From assembly GCA_041736175.1 (NCBI GenBank), contig JBGSUI010000126.1, positions 33,352 through 97,351 on the forward strand: a stretch of 64,000 nucleotides of DNA, written 5' to 3'. Below, in pieces: positions 29,163 through 40,219 of the stretch (its first letter is position 1; the number at the start of each line of letters is the position of its first letter). The notes under the pieces are model-generated. The model made no database searches, was not told where the DNA came from, and saw nothing but the letters and a program-made list of their open reading frames with translations. The stretch is from Oligoflexales bacterium (GTDB lineage: Bacteria > Bdellovibrionota_B > Oligoflexia > Oligoflexales > CAIYRB01). Position numbers and translations under genes: made by a program.

Positions 29163-30797
29163 ATGGGTTATGCCAAAAGGTTTTGGAGTGGGTGGGTTTT
29201 CTGGGGCCTTCTAGGCATGTTGAGTTTGATCTTTTTAGGCGAGACTAGGTCCGAAGGGTCAGGGCTTAACCTAGCCCGAAAAAGCGTGTTTAAAATCAAT
29301 GTGAATACCAGTATCCCCAGCTTTACCGAGCCATGGCGTCGCCAGCCCGACGGCGGTGGGTCTGGGACCGGATTCTATATCGGGCAAAACCGTATTTTGA
29401 CCAATGCCCACGTGGTGGCCCATGGATCCTATATTACGGTGCTTAGGGATGGGGACTCACGGCCGGTACCTTCCGTCGTCACGTTTATTGCCCATGACTG
29501 CGACCTAGCGATCTTAGAGCCCAGGGATCCGGAGTTTTTCCGCGACGTTCGTGAGATGGAGTTTGGGAGTGTACCTCGACTCCAGTCGCCTGTGGTCACA
29601 GTAGGGTTTCCCACGGGAGGAGAACAGCTATCCATCACCCAGGGAGTGGTCTCAAGGATCAGTTTTCGTCGCTATGTCCATGACGGTGTGTCAGATCACT
29701 TGCTCATCCAGGTGGATTCTGCCATCAATCCAGGAAACAGCGGGGGCCCGGTCCTCCAAGGCGGTGTTGTGGTAGGGGTCGCCTTCCAAGCTTACACTCA
29801 AGCCGAAAATACAGGGTATATCATCCCGACTCCAGTGATCCAAAGATTTTTAAAGGATATCGAGGATGGAGTCTATGACGGACATCCTGTTGATGGCATC
29901 ACGATTATGGAAAATGCAATGGAAAACGCTGCCAATGCAGCGTTTTTAGGCCTAAACAAAGGGGATGGGGGGGTTAAGATTTCCCATGTGGCCCGTTGGG
30001 CGCCTAGTTTTGGGATTTTACAACCAGGCGATGTGCTCCTTGAGATCGACCAACAACCGATCGGCGTGGATGGAAAGGTCACCTTCCAGGGTGAGAGAGT
30101 TAGTTTTCGGGTACCCTATGATCTTAAACAGGTCGGTGGTGCAGTCGAGTTTAGGATCAATAGGGATGGGGTGTTTAAAAAGGTTGTGGTCAGTCTTACT
30201 AAACGTCCGAGATTTCCCGAACAAGGATTTGTTTTTGCACGGCATCCAAAATATTTTGTATACGGTGGTTTGGTTTTTACCCAGCTCAATAGGAGCTTTC
30301 TGAAAAACTGGGGGGAAAAGTGGTATTCAGAGGCTCCCCTAAACCTTCGTTTCATAACGTTTAACTGGCCGTTTCTTAGGGATACCGAAAATGCACAGGA
30401 TATTTTGGTCCTCGCAAAACTCCTGCCCGATCAGATAAACACTTACTCTAGGTCCAATGTAGACGGAATCGTCCTGAGCGTCGATAAAAAGCCGGTACGA
30501 TCGATCGAGGATTTGGTAGAGCTTTTAGAAAAAGGTGAGAGTGAATTTGCAGTGATCGATTTTCTCGGCAGTGACGACCCAACCGTGATCTCCAGGTCCG
30601 AAGTCAAACTGAGAGGACCTTTGATCAACAAAAAATATGGTGTTGTTCCGGATCGCTGGCTCTTTGGACCTGAAATCGATGGAACCAGGGACACCAGCTC
30701 TTCTGAAATGGGCCCCAACAACAAAATCACTAAGGACACGATCTCTAAGGACACGATTCACCCCAGTCAACCGCAAGGGGGCAAAGATGGGATTTAA
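29163..30797 (+). CDS. HtrA/Deg serine protease of the plant Deg2-like type (2 PDZ), active
   Basis: ILTNAHVV, HDCDLAIL, AINPGNSGGP; YFVYGGLVFTQL second PDZ. Confidence 0.93.
   Translation: MGYAKRFWSGWVFWGLLGMLSLIFLGETRSEGSGLNLARKSVFKINVNTSIPSFTEPWRRQPDGGGSGTGFYIGQNRILTNAHVVAHGSYITVLRDGDSRPVPSVVTFIAHDCDLAILEPRDPEFFRDVREMEFGSVPRLQSPVVTVGFPTGGEQLSITQGVVSRISFRRYVHDGVSDHLLIQVDSAINPGNSGGPVLQGGVVVGVAFQAYTQAENTGYIIPTPVIQRFLKDIEDGVYDGHPVDGITIMENAMENAANAAFLGLNKGDGGVKISHVARWAPSFGILQPGDVLLEIDQQPIGVDGKVTFQGERVSFRVPYDLKQVGGAVEFRINRDGVFKKVVVSLTKRPRFPEQGFVFARHPKYFVYGGLVFTQLNRSFLKNWGEKWYSEAPLNLRFITFNWPFLRDTENAQDILVLAKLLPDQINTYSRSNVDGIVLSVDKKPVRSIEDLVELLEKGESEFAVIDFLGSDDPTVISRSEVKLRGPLINKKYGVVPDRWLFGPEIDGTRDTSSSEMGPNNKITKDTISKDTIHPSQPQGGKDGI
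30730..30757 (+). repeat. short direct repeat, 15-bp period
   Basis: Two copies of CTAAGGACACGAT encoding TKDTI-SKDTI in the protease tail. Confidence 0.8.
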
Positions 30798-32319
30798 CCG
30801 ACATCGAGCTTTGAGGACTTGTATGGGGTTCGCCCTGTGGCTTGTCCTGTTTTATAGACCCCAAACTTGCTTTGCCGCCTCGCCTGAGGAGCAGTTTGTA
30901 AAACTCTTTGTCAGTAAGGCTGAGATCGATCGGAGTTCTCCCTGGCAGCTTGAGGAAGTCTCCCAACAAGCCTCCCTCGGGGTTGTGGTCGCAGGAGGAA
31001 AGATCCTAACGACGGCCCTGACGATAGCGAATGGGACCCTGATCGAAATGCAGGTTTTTGGCGCCAACCAACGCCATGAAGTCGAAGTCGAGTTTGCGGA
31101 TTTTGAAGTTAACCTTGCCCTCTTAAGGCCCAAGGATCCTACCGTTGCCCTTAAGGGCCTCTTGCCGGTTGTGTTGGGGGAGGACCTTGAGATCGATGAC
31201 CAAGTGGAGATCTTTCGTCCCCGTGATCTGTATCAGCTAACCAAAATGTCTGGTAGTTTTCAGGAAGTGGGTATCTACACTGCGGTGACGAGCTATTATG
31301 GCCTCGTGGCCTATCTTTTCAAGGTTCAGCAGACAGGTCTAGGTTGGGCCGAGCCGATTATGAAAAAAGGTCAGCTTGTTGCCCTAGCATCTGGCCAGGA
31401 TACCCAATTTGTCCATGGTATACCAAGCGACGTCATCAAACACTTTTTAAGTGACCATCCTGGTGGCGCTTACCGGGGATTTCCCTCAATCGGGTTGCAA
31501 CTAGCTCCGCTAATTGATCCTAATTTAAGAAAACTTCTCAAGGCAGACAATGTTGGCAATGGGATTCGTATCTCCAAAGTATTTCCATCGAGTCCTTTTG
31601 TTGGGCGCGTTGACCAGAACGACGTGCTCCTGGAGATTGATGGTTTTCCGATCAGCGAGCATGGGTATTTTCAGCACCCTAAATGGGGTAAAGTTTACTT
31701 AAAGCATCTTGTCACCAGGAAATTTGCGGGAGACAGCATGCGGTTAAAAATCCAAAGGGCGGGACAACCCTTAGAGGTCGAAGCGGTCCTGAATCGATTT
31801 ATTTCTAATGATTTTCCAGTGGTCGGTTACCGGACGAAGCAGCAGGAACCACACTTGATCTTTGGAGGACTTCTCTTTCAGGAGTTATCCCAGGATTTCT
31901 TAAAACAATGGGGCAAAAACTGGCGTTCTTACGCCCCTACCGATCTCGTCTATGCCATAGAAAACCAAAACGAGCCGGAAAAGATCCCAGGACGGAGGAT
32001 TATCTTTTTATCTAAAGTATTACCTGACCAGTTTAACCGCGGGTACGAAAAGCTTAAGTATCATATTGTAGAATCCATTAACGACCGCCCGGTGACCTCT
32101 ATCCAAGGGGTCCGTGATGCCCTGCGATTCCCGACTTTTTCTAATGGACAACAATTTGCCAGGATCAAGCTTATCCTAGAAGGGGGTGAAATCATCCTCT
32201 CATATAACAAACTCCAGACGGCCCATCAGAGGATCGCCAGAACCTATGCGGTCACCTCCAAAGACTCTTTTTTTGATCCTCAAGAGGCCACAAGGCCCGT
32301 AACCGAGCCTAACAAATAA
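30787..32319 (+). CDS. Deg2-like protease paralogue lacking the catalytic triad
   Basis: Same architecture, but ILTTALTI, EVNLALL and GLGWAEP sit at the H/D/S positions; HLIFGGLLFQEL PDZ. Confidence 0.85.
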   Translation: MGFNRHRALRTCMGFALWLVLFYRPQTCFAASPEEQFVKLFVSKAEIDRSSPWQLEEVSQQASLGVVVAGGKILTTALTIANGTLIEMQVFGANQRHEVEVEFADFEVNLALLRPKDPTVALKGLLPVVLGEDLEIDDQVEIFRPRDLYQLTKMSGSFQEVGIYTAVTSYYGLVAYLFKVQQTGLGWAEPIMKKGQLVALASGQDTQFVHGIPSDVIKHFLSDHPGGAYRGFPSIGLQLAPLIDPNLRKLLKADNVGNGIRISKVFPSSPFVGRVDQNDVLLEIDGFPISEHGYFQHPKWGKVYLKHLVTRKFAGDSMRLKIQRAGQPLEVEAVLNRFISNDFPVVGYRTKQQEPHLIFGGLLFQELSQDFLKQWGKNWRSYAPTDLVYAIENQNEPEKIPGRRIIFLSKVLPDQFNRGYEKLKYHIVESINDRPVTSIQGVRDALRFPTFSNGQQFARIKLILEGGEIILSYNKLQTAHQRIARTYAVTSKDSFFDPQEATRPVTEPNK

Positions 32320-32476
32320 TCCGTTCCGCCCGATTTATGTCGGTGACAAGTTATTTGGCCCTAATTAGATTTGTAAAATCATGATATTGCCAATAGCTCT
32401 TGGTTTCACAAGAGTTGATTCCGATGAGTTGGATGTCCTTGAAGGGTTCGTCACTAAACTCAAATTAGGCGGAATT

Positions 32477-33508
32477 ATGTATCAATCTCGTAACAATTTA
32501 AAAAGTATGATTGCAGAAAACAGCTTTTTGTTTTGTTTTGCGTTTGCTCTTTCCCACTCTATTTTGGGGTGTACGAGCAGTGACGCGATTACGGGTAGTT
32601 CCAAAAAAGTTCAAGGCCCTCAACCTACCGGTGGGTCAGCCCTGCAATCGGACGAAGACGATGCTGAGGACGATAGAATCGACGAGCCACAGATGATCTC
32701 AGGGGCTTTCTTAACCTGCACTCGTGTGCCGCAAACCGAGATCACGGCCCAAGATCCAGCGGATACGGAGCCTGTTGGTTGTACGATCAGAGCAGCAGAC
32801 CGCAAACAGTTTAACACATCGGATCAAGAAAAAATTCAGATCGTCACCAAACATAAGTTCGCTGAAGTAACCAAACCTCTGCCAAGTCGCAGGAGTGCTC
32901 AGGGTTCTCGTTGGAATGTGATCGCCTTTTTACCGACAGCCCAGTTATATACCGGTGAATTAATCGTGGAAGTCTCCCTCAAGAGCAAACCACCCTTGAT
33001 GGTGCTTCCTTTTGCCCTCAGTAACCTCCAGGCATCGACTGTGAAGGAAAGCGAGGAGATCAAACAGGCAAGCACCGAAAACCCAGATGCGGGTCCAGGT
33101 CCTAAATCAGAGCCCCCCCCAGCTCCGGAGATCTTTTCCTTGGGCGGAGATAATATCCAGCCAAGCCACGTTTGGAGTTTGGGCCTTATTAGGTTGGACA
33201 CCTACGCATTCTTCCCCTCGAAGCTTTGTCAGTCTGACGGAACTGTAAAAAGAACCGCAGACGGTGAACCGATCAAATCTACAGAGCCCACGATGAGTCA
33301 GCCTAAGTGTTTCGGGTCACTGACTAATAGTGAGACCTTACCTCCACGAAATCAACAAGTTGTAAGTAGTTCCAATTGCATGTTTATTCATGATGGAAAC
33401 AATATTTATATATTTGATTCCAACAGAATTCAAAGCGACCCAGACAAGTATTCAGTCAGAAATCTCAGTGATCTTGCGATCTCAAAACCGAGATGTTTTG
33501 GTCGCTAG
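32477..33508 (+). CDS. hypothetical lipoprotein
   Basis: ILGC lipobox; acidic linker followed by EPQMISGAFLTC; start uncertain. Confidence 0.7.
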   Translation: MYQSRNNLKSMIAENSFLFCFAFALSHSILGCTSSDAITGSSKKVQGPQPTGGSALQSDEDDAEDDRIDEPQMISGAFLTCTRVPQTEITAQDPADTEPVGCTIRAADRKQFNTSDQEKIQIVTKHKFAEVTKPLPSRRSAQGSRWNVIAFLPTAQLYTGELIVEVSLKSKPPLMVLPFALSNLQASTVKESEEIKQASTENPDAGPGPKSEPPPAPEIFSLGGDNIQPSHVWSLGLIRLDTYAFFPSKLCQSDGTVKRTADGEPIKSTEPTMSQPKCFGSLTNSETLPPRNQQVVSSSNCMFIHDGNNIYIFDSNRIQSDPDKYSVRNLSDLAISKPRCFGR

Positions 33509-35994
33509 GCGACTTGTGGCAACTTATAGGTCTCCCATCTTGAGAGGAGGGCAATCAACTTAGGATCCTGTGAAGTCATCTTGGTCTTAAGATCGGCAAC
33601 ATATCGATCAAGTTGGGTGCCATGTTCGGGTTTGATTTCGAAATAAATCCCAAGCTGGGAATGGAGATACTGGTGGGCATCCAGCAACAGACACATGGTT
33701 TCCGGGGCGACCGCTGCCTCGACAAACCATTTTAAAAAGCTTTCAAAGACGATTTCTAGGCTGGCGTTAAACGCAGCCTTTTTTGTGGTTTCAATCTGGC
33801 AGCGGGCGAGGGAGCAGAGAGCTTCGACGGATTTTGCTTGGGGAAGCCTTAGCTGAAAGATTTCGGGATGTGTGCCTAAGGAACCTAAGAATTTCAGCAG
33901 TTCATAAACTCGATCCTTATCAGTCCTCTGAAAGTCAAAGGAGGCCAACAGGAGCCAGGCCTCAGCAAATCGGGGGTGATAGGGCGTCTGGGCGACTTCG
34001 ATAAGTTTTGTAAGATCTCTTAAAATATTTTTAGCCACTTGGGCCATATGCAGTGTCTGACTGGGGTAGCCAATCTTAAGGATCGCCTCGTGAACAAGCT
34101 CCTGCGCCCGTAGAGCTTCGGGTCTTTGATCCTCAGCGAGGAGTCCTGTGACTTTAAGGATTTTGCGGATCTGCTCCTGGGCTTGGATGATGAGTTTGAT
34201 GGCACCATCTTTTTCTTTAAATCCCCGCCAGGGGACCGATTGGATTGTCTTGAGAATGGTAAAAATCTCTTCAGTAGTGCCGGCTCTGGGGATCTGTAAG
34301 TTGAAAAGATTAAGAAACTGGGAGCTTTCGGGGGAGGGATCAAAATCAAGAATAATCTGTCTCAGGGAGTCCAGATCAAAATACCGCTGGAGCCTTGGAA
34401 TCAGCTGCTCAAACTTGATCACGAAAAAAAGCTCGTCGGCAGCATTTTGATCAAACTGGACCGGATTGGGTTCGATAATATTTGCAAGCGAAGGTGCTTC
34501 TTGGAGGATTCTCGACCGGGCCTCAGGAGAGACCCAGATGGAGTTTCCATAAAGTTGCAGTTTGTCGGATTTGCGCAGGCTGCTGATGAGTTGGCCGGTG
34601 GCGTAGTTAGCCAGATTGACATCATAGCGAGCTAGGTGGACGGCCTTGGTGATACGCTGGTCGATCCAGCCAAAGTCGATATAAAAAAACCAGTAGTTTC
34701 TTTTGAGGAGCGCATTTAGTTCCCGCGGCTCAAGCAACCGTGCCAGCTTGGGGTCGACGATAGGAATCAGGCTGGAAAGTCCATTGATGCGGCGCTCCAC
34801 GAGGGGGCCAGCATCGAGATATAGGCAAGAAAAGAGCCGTAGCAGGTCGACGCAGGGTCTGATAGAGGCTTCGGCATCGATAGCCCCATGGATGGTGTGG
34901 CCAATTTCTAACAGGTGTAGGTTCATATTTCCAAGCATCTGGCTTAAACAGCGGTGGATTTCTTCGGCTCGGAGTTGGCGGACGGAGCTAGGAATATTCA
35001 TCATAAGGATTTCTTGGGGATCATGGTCGATCATATAGGTTGATGACTTAAAACCCACAGTAGCGGCCCAGTGGCTCCCCTCTTTATCGTGACGGGACAG
35101 GAATCTTTTGGCAGAGTGATTGAGTAGTTTAGAGGCGAAAAGGTGTTTATTGAGGATGATCGACGAATTTTTTAAGTCATAGTATGAAGAGTAACCAAAA
35201 GCCAAGAAACCAAGGTGAACCTCAAAAAAAGCATCGAAAAATCTCAAGGTATCCGGTTCTACTTTTAACCCCCATACCAAAAGACGCAAGGCAATACTTG
35301 CAAAACTCAAACCAGCCGCCCCAATCATGGTATTTCTATGATGACGCTCTTGTTTGCTTAGGGGGAGGCGTAGGAGCAACGAATTAAGTCGACTGGCCGG
35401 ATCCACTTGGTAGCCTTTGACAAAGGACACTAAGACTAAGGGAACAACCATACCACTACAAATTACCAGGTCTCTCAGGACCCCTAAGGTCATGGCCTGT
35501 TCGGAAAGAAGCCGCCACTGGTAGCTAAAAAACCCCACAAGTGTGATCAGGAAAAGCACGCCTGAATGGATCCCCACGATAGTCAGCTTTGTATTTAGAT
35601 TAGTCTTGAGGTGTTCGAACACCCCACCAAGCATAGTCGTCCCATAGAGGGATGTCAGGACCCCAAAGAGTGCAAAATAAATGACAGGGTTGACTAAGTG
35701 CAGTTTTCGAGCGATGAGGAGGTGGGCTATCAATGCAATGAGCGTACAGGTGGCGCTTTTAGCGAGAACCCACGGGCTAGGGTTTAGGACATAGCTTAAG
35801 AGCGATATCATCGATAAAGATGTCCCAGCTAAAATCACAGCATAACAAATCCATAACCCAAGGGCCTCGACGTGGGTCGAGCGATCAGTGAGATTTCCAA
35901 CTAAGAAAAATGAGGCGATATTTAGGGATAAGGCGATGGCAATCGAAATAAAGACGACCAAAGTAAGTTTTTTTGGAAATTCTAACTGGTCCAT
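33505..35994 (-). CDS. large membrane protein with a possible degenerate class III nucleotidyl-cyclase domain
   Basis: About 8 N-terminal TM segments; YMIDHD, LLEIGHTIHGAI, NSIWVSPEA; helical C-terminus. Confidence 0.7.
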   Translation of the reverse strand: MDQLEFPKKLTLVVFISIAIALSLNIASFFLVGNLTDRSTHVEALGLWICYAVILAGTSLSMISLLSYVLNPSPWVLAKSATCTLIALIAHLLIARKLHLVNPVIYFALFGVLTSLYGTTMLGGVFEHLKTNLNTKLTIVGIHSGVLFLITLVGFFSYQWRLLSEQAMTLGVLRDLVICSGMVVPLVLVSFVKGYQVDPASRLNSLLLRLPLSKQERHHRNTMIGAAGLSFASIALRLLVWGLKVEPDTLRFFDAFFEVHLGFLAFGYSSYYDLKNSSIILNKHLFASKLLNHSAKRFLSRHDKEGSHWAATVGFKSSTYMIDHDPQEILMMNIPSSVRQLRAEEIHRCLSQMLGNMNLHLLEIGHTIHGAIDAEASIRPCVDLLRLFSCLYLDAGPLVERRINGLSSLIPIVDPKLARLLEPRELNALLKRNYWFFYIDFGWIDQRITKAVHLARYDVNLANYATGQLISSLRKSDKLQLYGNSIWVSPEARSRILQEAPSLANIIEPNPVQFDQNAADELFFVIKFEQLIPRLQRYFDLDSLRQIILDFDPSPESSQFLNLFNLQIPRAGTTEEIFTILKTIQSVPWRGFKEKDGAIKLIIQAQEQIRKILKVTGLLAEDQRPEALRAQELVHEAILKIGYPSQTLHMAQVAKNILRDLTKLIEVAQTPYHPRFAEAWLLLASFDFQRTDKDRVYELLKFLGSLGTHPEIFQLRLPQAKSVEALCSLARCQIETTKKAAFNASLEIVFESFLKWFVEAAVAPETMCLLLDAHQYLHSQLGIYFEIKPEHGTQLDRYVADLKTKMTSQDPKLIALLSRWETYKLPQVA

Positions 35995-36018
35995 TTTTGT
36001 GCCATATCCAAATAGTTT

Positions 36019-37290
36019 TTAGCCTGCGAGGGGCTGATTTTTGACGACATCATCGAGAGGGATTTTAATGGTAAATCGGGTTCCAACATCGACCGTACTC
36101 TCAACCTCTAAGGTTCCATGGAGGTCTCGGACGATCGTGTAGCACAGGGCTAATCCCAATCCAGTCCCCTCACCAGGATCTTTGGTGGTGAAAAAAGGGT
36201 CAAAGATGCGGTTTAAATGCTCCGCAGGGATTCCCACTCCCGTGTCTTCAATTTGATAAACGCCGATTGGCCGATTTTGTTTTTGGTCAAAATAGCTTGA
36301 GGCCTTAATCATAAGTGTGCCTCCATCAGGCATCGCTTGGATTGCGTTTTGGGCAAGATTGAGGAAGAGTTGGATGATTTTATTGCGATCACAGGTCACG
36401 AAATGATCGAGATCTTTAAATTTTTCTTCAATCTCTAAGTGATGACTTTTAGGGATGCTAACCCGACCAAAACGAACGGCGGTGCGGATCGCTTCAAAAA
36501 TCGAGGACCGACTCAGGGAGTGTCGGTTTCCGTGGGGATTGGCCCGAGCAAAATCCAGGAGGGATTCGACGATGGCTTTGCAGCGCTGGGTGGCTGCTTC
36601 GATTTCGACCACATCCTGGTAATGGGAACTGGTTTTGGGCAACTCTTTGAGAAGCATCTGCGAAAAGATCAAAATACCGCCAAGGGGGTTATTGATTTCA
36701 TGGGCAATCCCTCCAGCCAGGAGGCCAATAGAAGCAAGTTTATCCTGTTGGGCGAGTTGGTCACGCATCTTGCGAGCTTCGGTTCGATCCCGATAGATTT
36801 GGACAAAGTTGGTTTCTTCTTGGTTGAGTCCGGCAAGAGCTTGGGAACTGACCTCGTAGAATCTGTTGTCTCTAATCCCCTCGATCTCGTATTGGATCGA
36901 GGGTTGGCCCAAAGCGGGCTGGGTCAACCTCTGGCCTTTGGTTTTAGCTATTTTACACCCTGGACAGGGAGTCTTGCGGTTGGCAAAAACCTCAAAACAC
37001 TTTTTGCCGAGGACTTGCTTAACCTCAAGTCCAGCAAGGTTTGCCATGGCGAGATTGGCTTTTTGGATCCGGTAGGTTCGATCGATGATGGCTAAGGGGT
37101 CGACTAGCGCGTCGATGGTGGCCATCCACTGCCGCTTGATTGATTCTACAAACTTGAGCAGCTCTCCAGGGGAGTCAGGGTATTCATTGAATGGAGGTGT
37201 GATCTTAAGCTTTGGATGAGCGACGGTCTTTTGTTTTGTGGCTTTTTTGTTAACGACAGCTTTTTTTTTGAGTTTTTTGCTGGTTTTCAT
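36019..37290 (-). CDS. cytoplasmic PAS sensor histidine kinase (NtrB-like)
   Basis: GGIAHEINNPL, NLAQNA, DTGVGI, FDPFFTTK, GTGLGL; PAS with PCPGC. Confidence 0.95.
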   Translation of the reverse strand: MKTSKKLKKKAVVNKKATKQKTVAHPKLKITPPFNEYPDSPGELLKFVESIKRQWMATIDALVDPLAIIDRTYRIQKANLAMANLAGLEVKQVLGKKCFEVFANRKTPCPGCKIAKTKGQRLTQPALGQPSIQYEIEGIRDNRFYEVSSQALAGLNQEETNFVQIYRDRTEARKMRDQLAQQDKLASIGLLAGGIAHEINNPLGGILIFSQMLLKELPKTSSHYQDVVEIEAATQRCKAIVESLLDFARANPHGNRHSLSRSSIFEAIRTAVRFGRVSIPKSHHLEIEEKFKDLDHFVTCDRNKIIQLFLNLAQNAIQAMPDGGTLMIKASSYFDQKQNRPIGVYQIEDTGVGIPAEHLNRIFDPFFTTKDPGEGTGLGLALCYTIVRDLHGTLEVESTVDVGTRFTIKIPLDDVVKNQPLAG

Positions 37291-37387
37291 GGTTCCTCAG
37301 CTAAGAAGAGTCTGTATACCGATCCTGTGTCTTTACACTGATCGGACACTGACCCTTGTAAGCTGAGGATAACCTCGGAAAGTCCCC

Positions 37388-39961
37388 TTAATGGGCGAAG
37401 GATAACTCGCCAGCATTGACTTCAGATTCGGTGATTTTTCGCAGTTTCTCAAAGAGCTCATCCCGCTCCTCGCTGCCCGGCTGTTTCCAGACCAGAGCAT
37501 GGATCAATACGGGATCCATATGCTCCACACCCACGATAGAGAGTTCTTTAAGGATTTGTTTGGGAACATCTTCCAGATCTTTTTCGTTTTCTTTGGGAAT
37601 AATCACCTTTTTTAGCCCAGCACGATGGGCGGCGATGAGTTTTTCCTTAAGGCCACCAATGGGGAGCACACGGCCCCTAAGGGTTATTTCACCGGTCATC
37701 GCCACATCCTTGCTGACGGGACGATTGGTGAGGGCGCTCGTTAAGGCTGTGGCCATCGCAATCCCAGCGGAGGGACCATCTTTGGGGATTGCCCCCTCAG
37801 GGACATGGATATGGATATCGATTTTTTGGTAAAAATCCTCATCGAGACTTAAAAAGGTTGCTCGCGACCGGACATAGGATAAGGCTGCTTGGGCAGATTC
37901 CTGCATGACTTCGCCAAGCTTACCAGTGCAGATCAACTTACCCTTGCCAGGCAAGATCGTCACCTCAGCCACAAGGAGATCTCCACCGACTTCCGTCCAA
38001 GCAAGGCCATTGCAAAGTCCCACTTCATGGGTCCCCGTAGCCGAGCCAATCCTAAATCTGCGGGCCCCCAGGTATTTTTGAATGGTCTTGTCGGTGATGG
38101 CCTCGCTGATCTTAGAGGCGTCCACGAAGGTGACGATCCCTTGGGTCGTCCCGTCTTGAGGTGTCGGTGCGGCTTCATCCTTTTTGGGGGTAGCGGTTTC
38201 GATCGTCTGAGACTCCCCAGATTCGTTTGCCGCCGTTTGCTTGCCGTCGTCTTTTTTGGTCTGACGCTCCAAATATTTGCGGGTAATCTTGCGCAGCACA
38301 GAGCCTATTTCTCGCTCAAGGCTTCGGACTCCCGCCTCGCGGGTATAATACCGCACGAGCTCTTTGATAGCAGAGGGGTTGACGTGGACCGCACTGTTTT
38401 GGAGGCCATTGAGTCTAAGCTGTTTGGGGACCAGGTATTGTTTGGCGATGGCCATTTTTTCTTCTTCGGTATAGCCAGATAGCCGAATCAACTCCATTCT
38501 ATCGAGGAGTGGTTTTGAAATGGAATGAACGGAGTTTGCGGTCGCCATAAACAAGACTTTTGAGAGGTCGTAATCCACGTCGAGATAGTGATCCACAAAG
38601 GTAGAGTTTTGCTCGGGATCAAGCACCTCTAACAGGGCCGAAGTCGGATCGCCGCGGAAATCTTGACTCAGCTTGTCAACCTCATCGAGCAAGATGATGG
38701 GGTTAGAGCTACCAGCCTTTTTAAGGGCATTGATGATTTTTCCAGGCATCGATCCAATATAGGTCCGCCTGTGACCGCGTATTTCTGCCTCGTCGCGAAT
38801 ACCGCCTAGAGAAATCCGGACAAACTTTCTTCCGGTGGCTTCCGCAACGCTTTTGGCAAGGGATGTCTTACCTACACCTGGTGGCCCAACGAGGCAGAGG
38901 ATGGGGCCTTTAATATCCTCAACCAGAGTGCGCACTGCCAGAAACTCCAGAATCCGGTCCTTGACTTTCTCAAGTCCAAAATGGTCCGTATCTAAGACGG
39001 AGCGAGCAAAGGTAATATCCCGCTTTTCGGGGGTGTACTCTGCCCACGGGAGGGAGAGGATGGTCTCGATATAGTTGCGTACCACAGTGGCTTCGGCAGA
39101 CATGGCCGACATATGTTTAAGTTTGCGAAGCTCCTTGGTGACTTTTTCCCGGGCCTCCTCGCTCAGCTTTTTCTTTTTGATCTGATTTTCAATGTCTTGA
39201 ACCTCAGCACGACCATCATCCCGGTCGCCGAGTTCTTTTTGGATCGCAGCCATTTGTTCGTTGAGATAGTACTCTTTCTGGGTCTTCTCCATCTGCCGTT
39301 TGACTCGGGCACGGATTTTTTTCTCGACTCGCATGATCTCGATTTCCGACTGGATAAACCCATAGAGTTCTTCGAGGCGTAGCCGTGGATCGGTTTGCTC
39401 TAAAAGCTTTTGCTTGTCTTGGAGTTTGAGATTAGTCAAATGTGCCACGAGGGTGTCAGACAGTTTTGACTCATTTTCGATCTGGGCGATCGAAAGGAGC
39501 ATTTCGGGGGGGATCCGTTTGTTAAGGCGCACGTAGTTGTCAAAAGCCATTTTAACTGTACGGACGAGTGCTTCGTTTTCGACCCCCACCGCAGAGCTTT
39601 CCTGGAGAGGCTCGGCCTCCACCATAAAATACTCTTCGGTCTGCAGGAAATCGACAATCTTGGCGCGGCTCTGGCCTTCGACTAACACTTTGACAGTCCC
39701 ATCGGGTAGCCGTAGGAGCTGTAAGATCGTCGAAATGGTTCCCACTCTGTAAATATCTTCTGCTAATGGATCATTGGTCTTGGCTTTGATCTGGGCAGCC
39801 AGTAGGATTTCCTTACTACCACCCATGGCCTGCTCAAGGGCTTGGATCGACTTGTCACGACCGACAAAGAGGGGGACCACCGTGGACGGAAAAACCAAAA
39901 TATCTCTCAGGGGTAATAGTGGCATCCTGATTCGGTTCGGTTGATTTGAGTCATGGGTCAT
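37388..39961 (-). CDS. lon: Lon protease
   Basis: [36 protein letters not shown]. Confidence 0.98.
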   Translation of the reverse strand: MTHDSNQPNRIRMPLLPLRDILVFPSTVVPLFVGRDKSIQALEQAMGGSKEILLAAQIKAKTNDPLAEDIYRVGTISTILQLLRLPDGTVKVLVEGQSRAKIVDFLQTEEYFMVEAEPLQESSAVGVENEALVRTVKMAFDNYVRLNKRIPPEMLLSIAQIENESKLSDTLVAHLTNLKLQDKQKLLEQTDPRLRLEELYGFIQSEIEIMRVEKKIRARVKRQMEKTQKEYYLNEQMAAIQKELGDRDDGRAEVQDIENQIKKKKLSEEAREKVTKELRKLKHMSAMSAEATVVRNYIETILSLPWAEYTPEKRDITFARSVLDTDHFGLEKVKDRILEFLAVRTLVEDIKGPILCLVGPPGVGKTSLAKSVAEATGRKFVRISLGGIRDEAEIRGHRRTYIGSMPGKIINALKKAGSSNPIILLDEVDKLSQDFRGDPTSALLEVLDPEQNSTFVDHYLDVDYDLSKVLFMATANSVHSISKPLLDRMELIRLSGYTEEEKMAIAKQYLVPKQLRLNGLQNSAVHVNPSAIKELVRYYTREAGVRSLEREIGSVLRKITRKYLERQTKKDDGKQTAANESGESQTIETATPKKDEAAPTPQDGTTQGIVTFVDASKISEAITDKTIQKYLGARRFRIGSATGTHEVGLCNGLAWTEVGGDLLVAEVTILPGKGKLICTGKLGEVMQESAQAALSYVRSRATFLSLDEDFYQKIDIHIHVPEGAIPKDGPSAGIAMATALTSALTNRPVSKDVAMTGEITLRGRVLPIGGLKEKLIAAHRAGLKKVIIPKENEKDLEDVPKQILKELSIVGVEHMDPVLIHALVWKQPGSEERDELFEKLRKITESEVNAGELSFAH

Positions 39962-40219
39962 ATGCTTGCCTCCAATCGCGCTTAAGGGGCGTCCTAAAGC
40001 AGCCAGTTCCCTTAAGGTCGAGATCTTTTGTCGGTTACGCCGTATTTCTATCCTAGCTTAATTTAGATCTACATCCTAGCCTCTAGATAATCTTTCTGGG
40101 TGGTGTTTCTATTGATAGAGCCTATCATCCCAGGCTTTCAGTGGAGACCAATGTCGTAACATAAAAACCAAGTCTCTTTTAAGGAGACTTGGTCCAGGAT
40201 AAATCGCTTGCTCCTTTTT

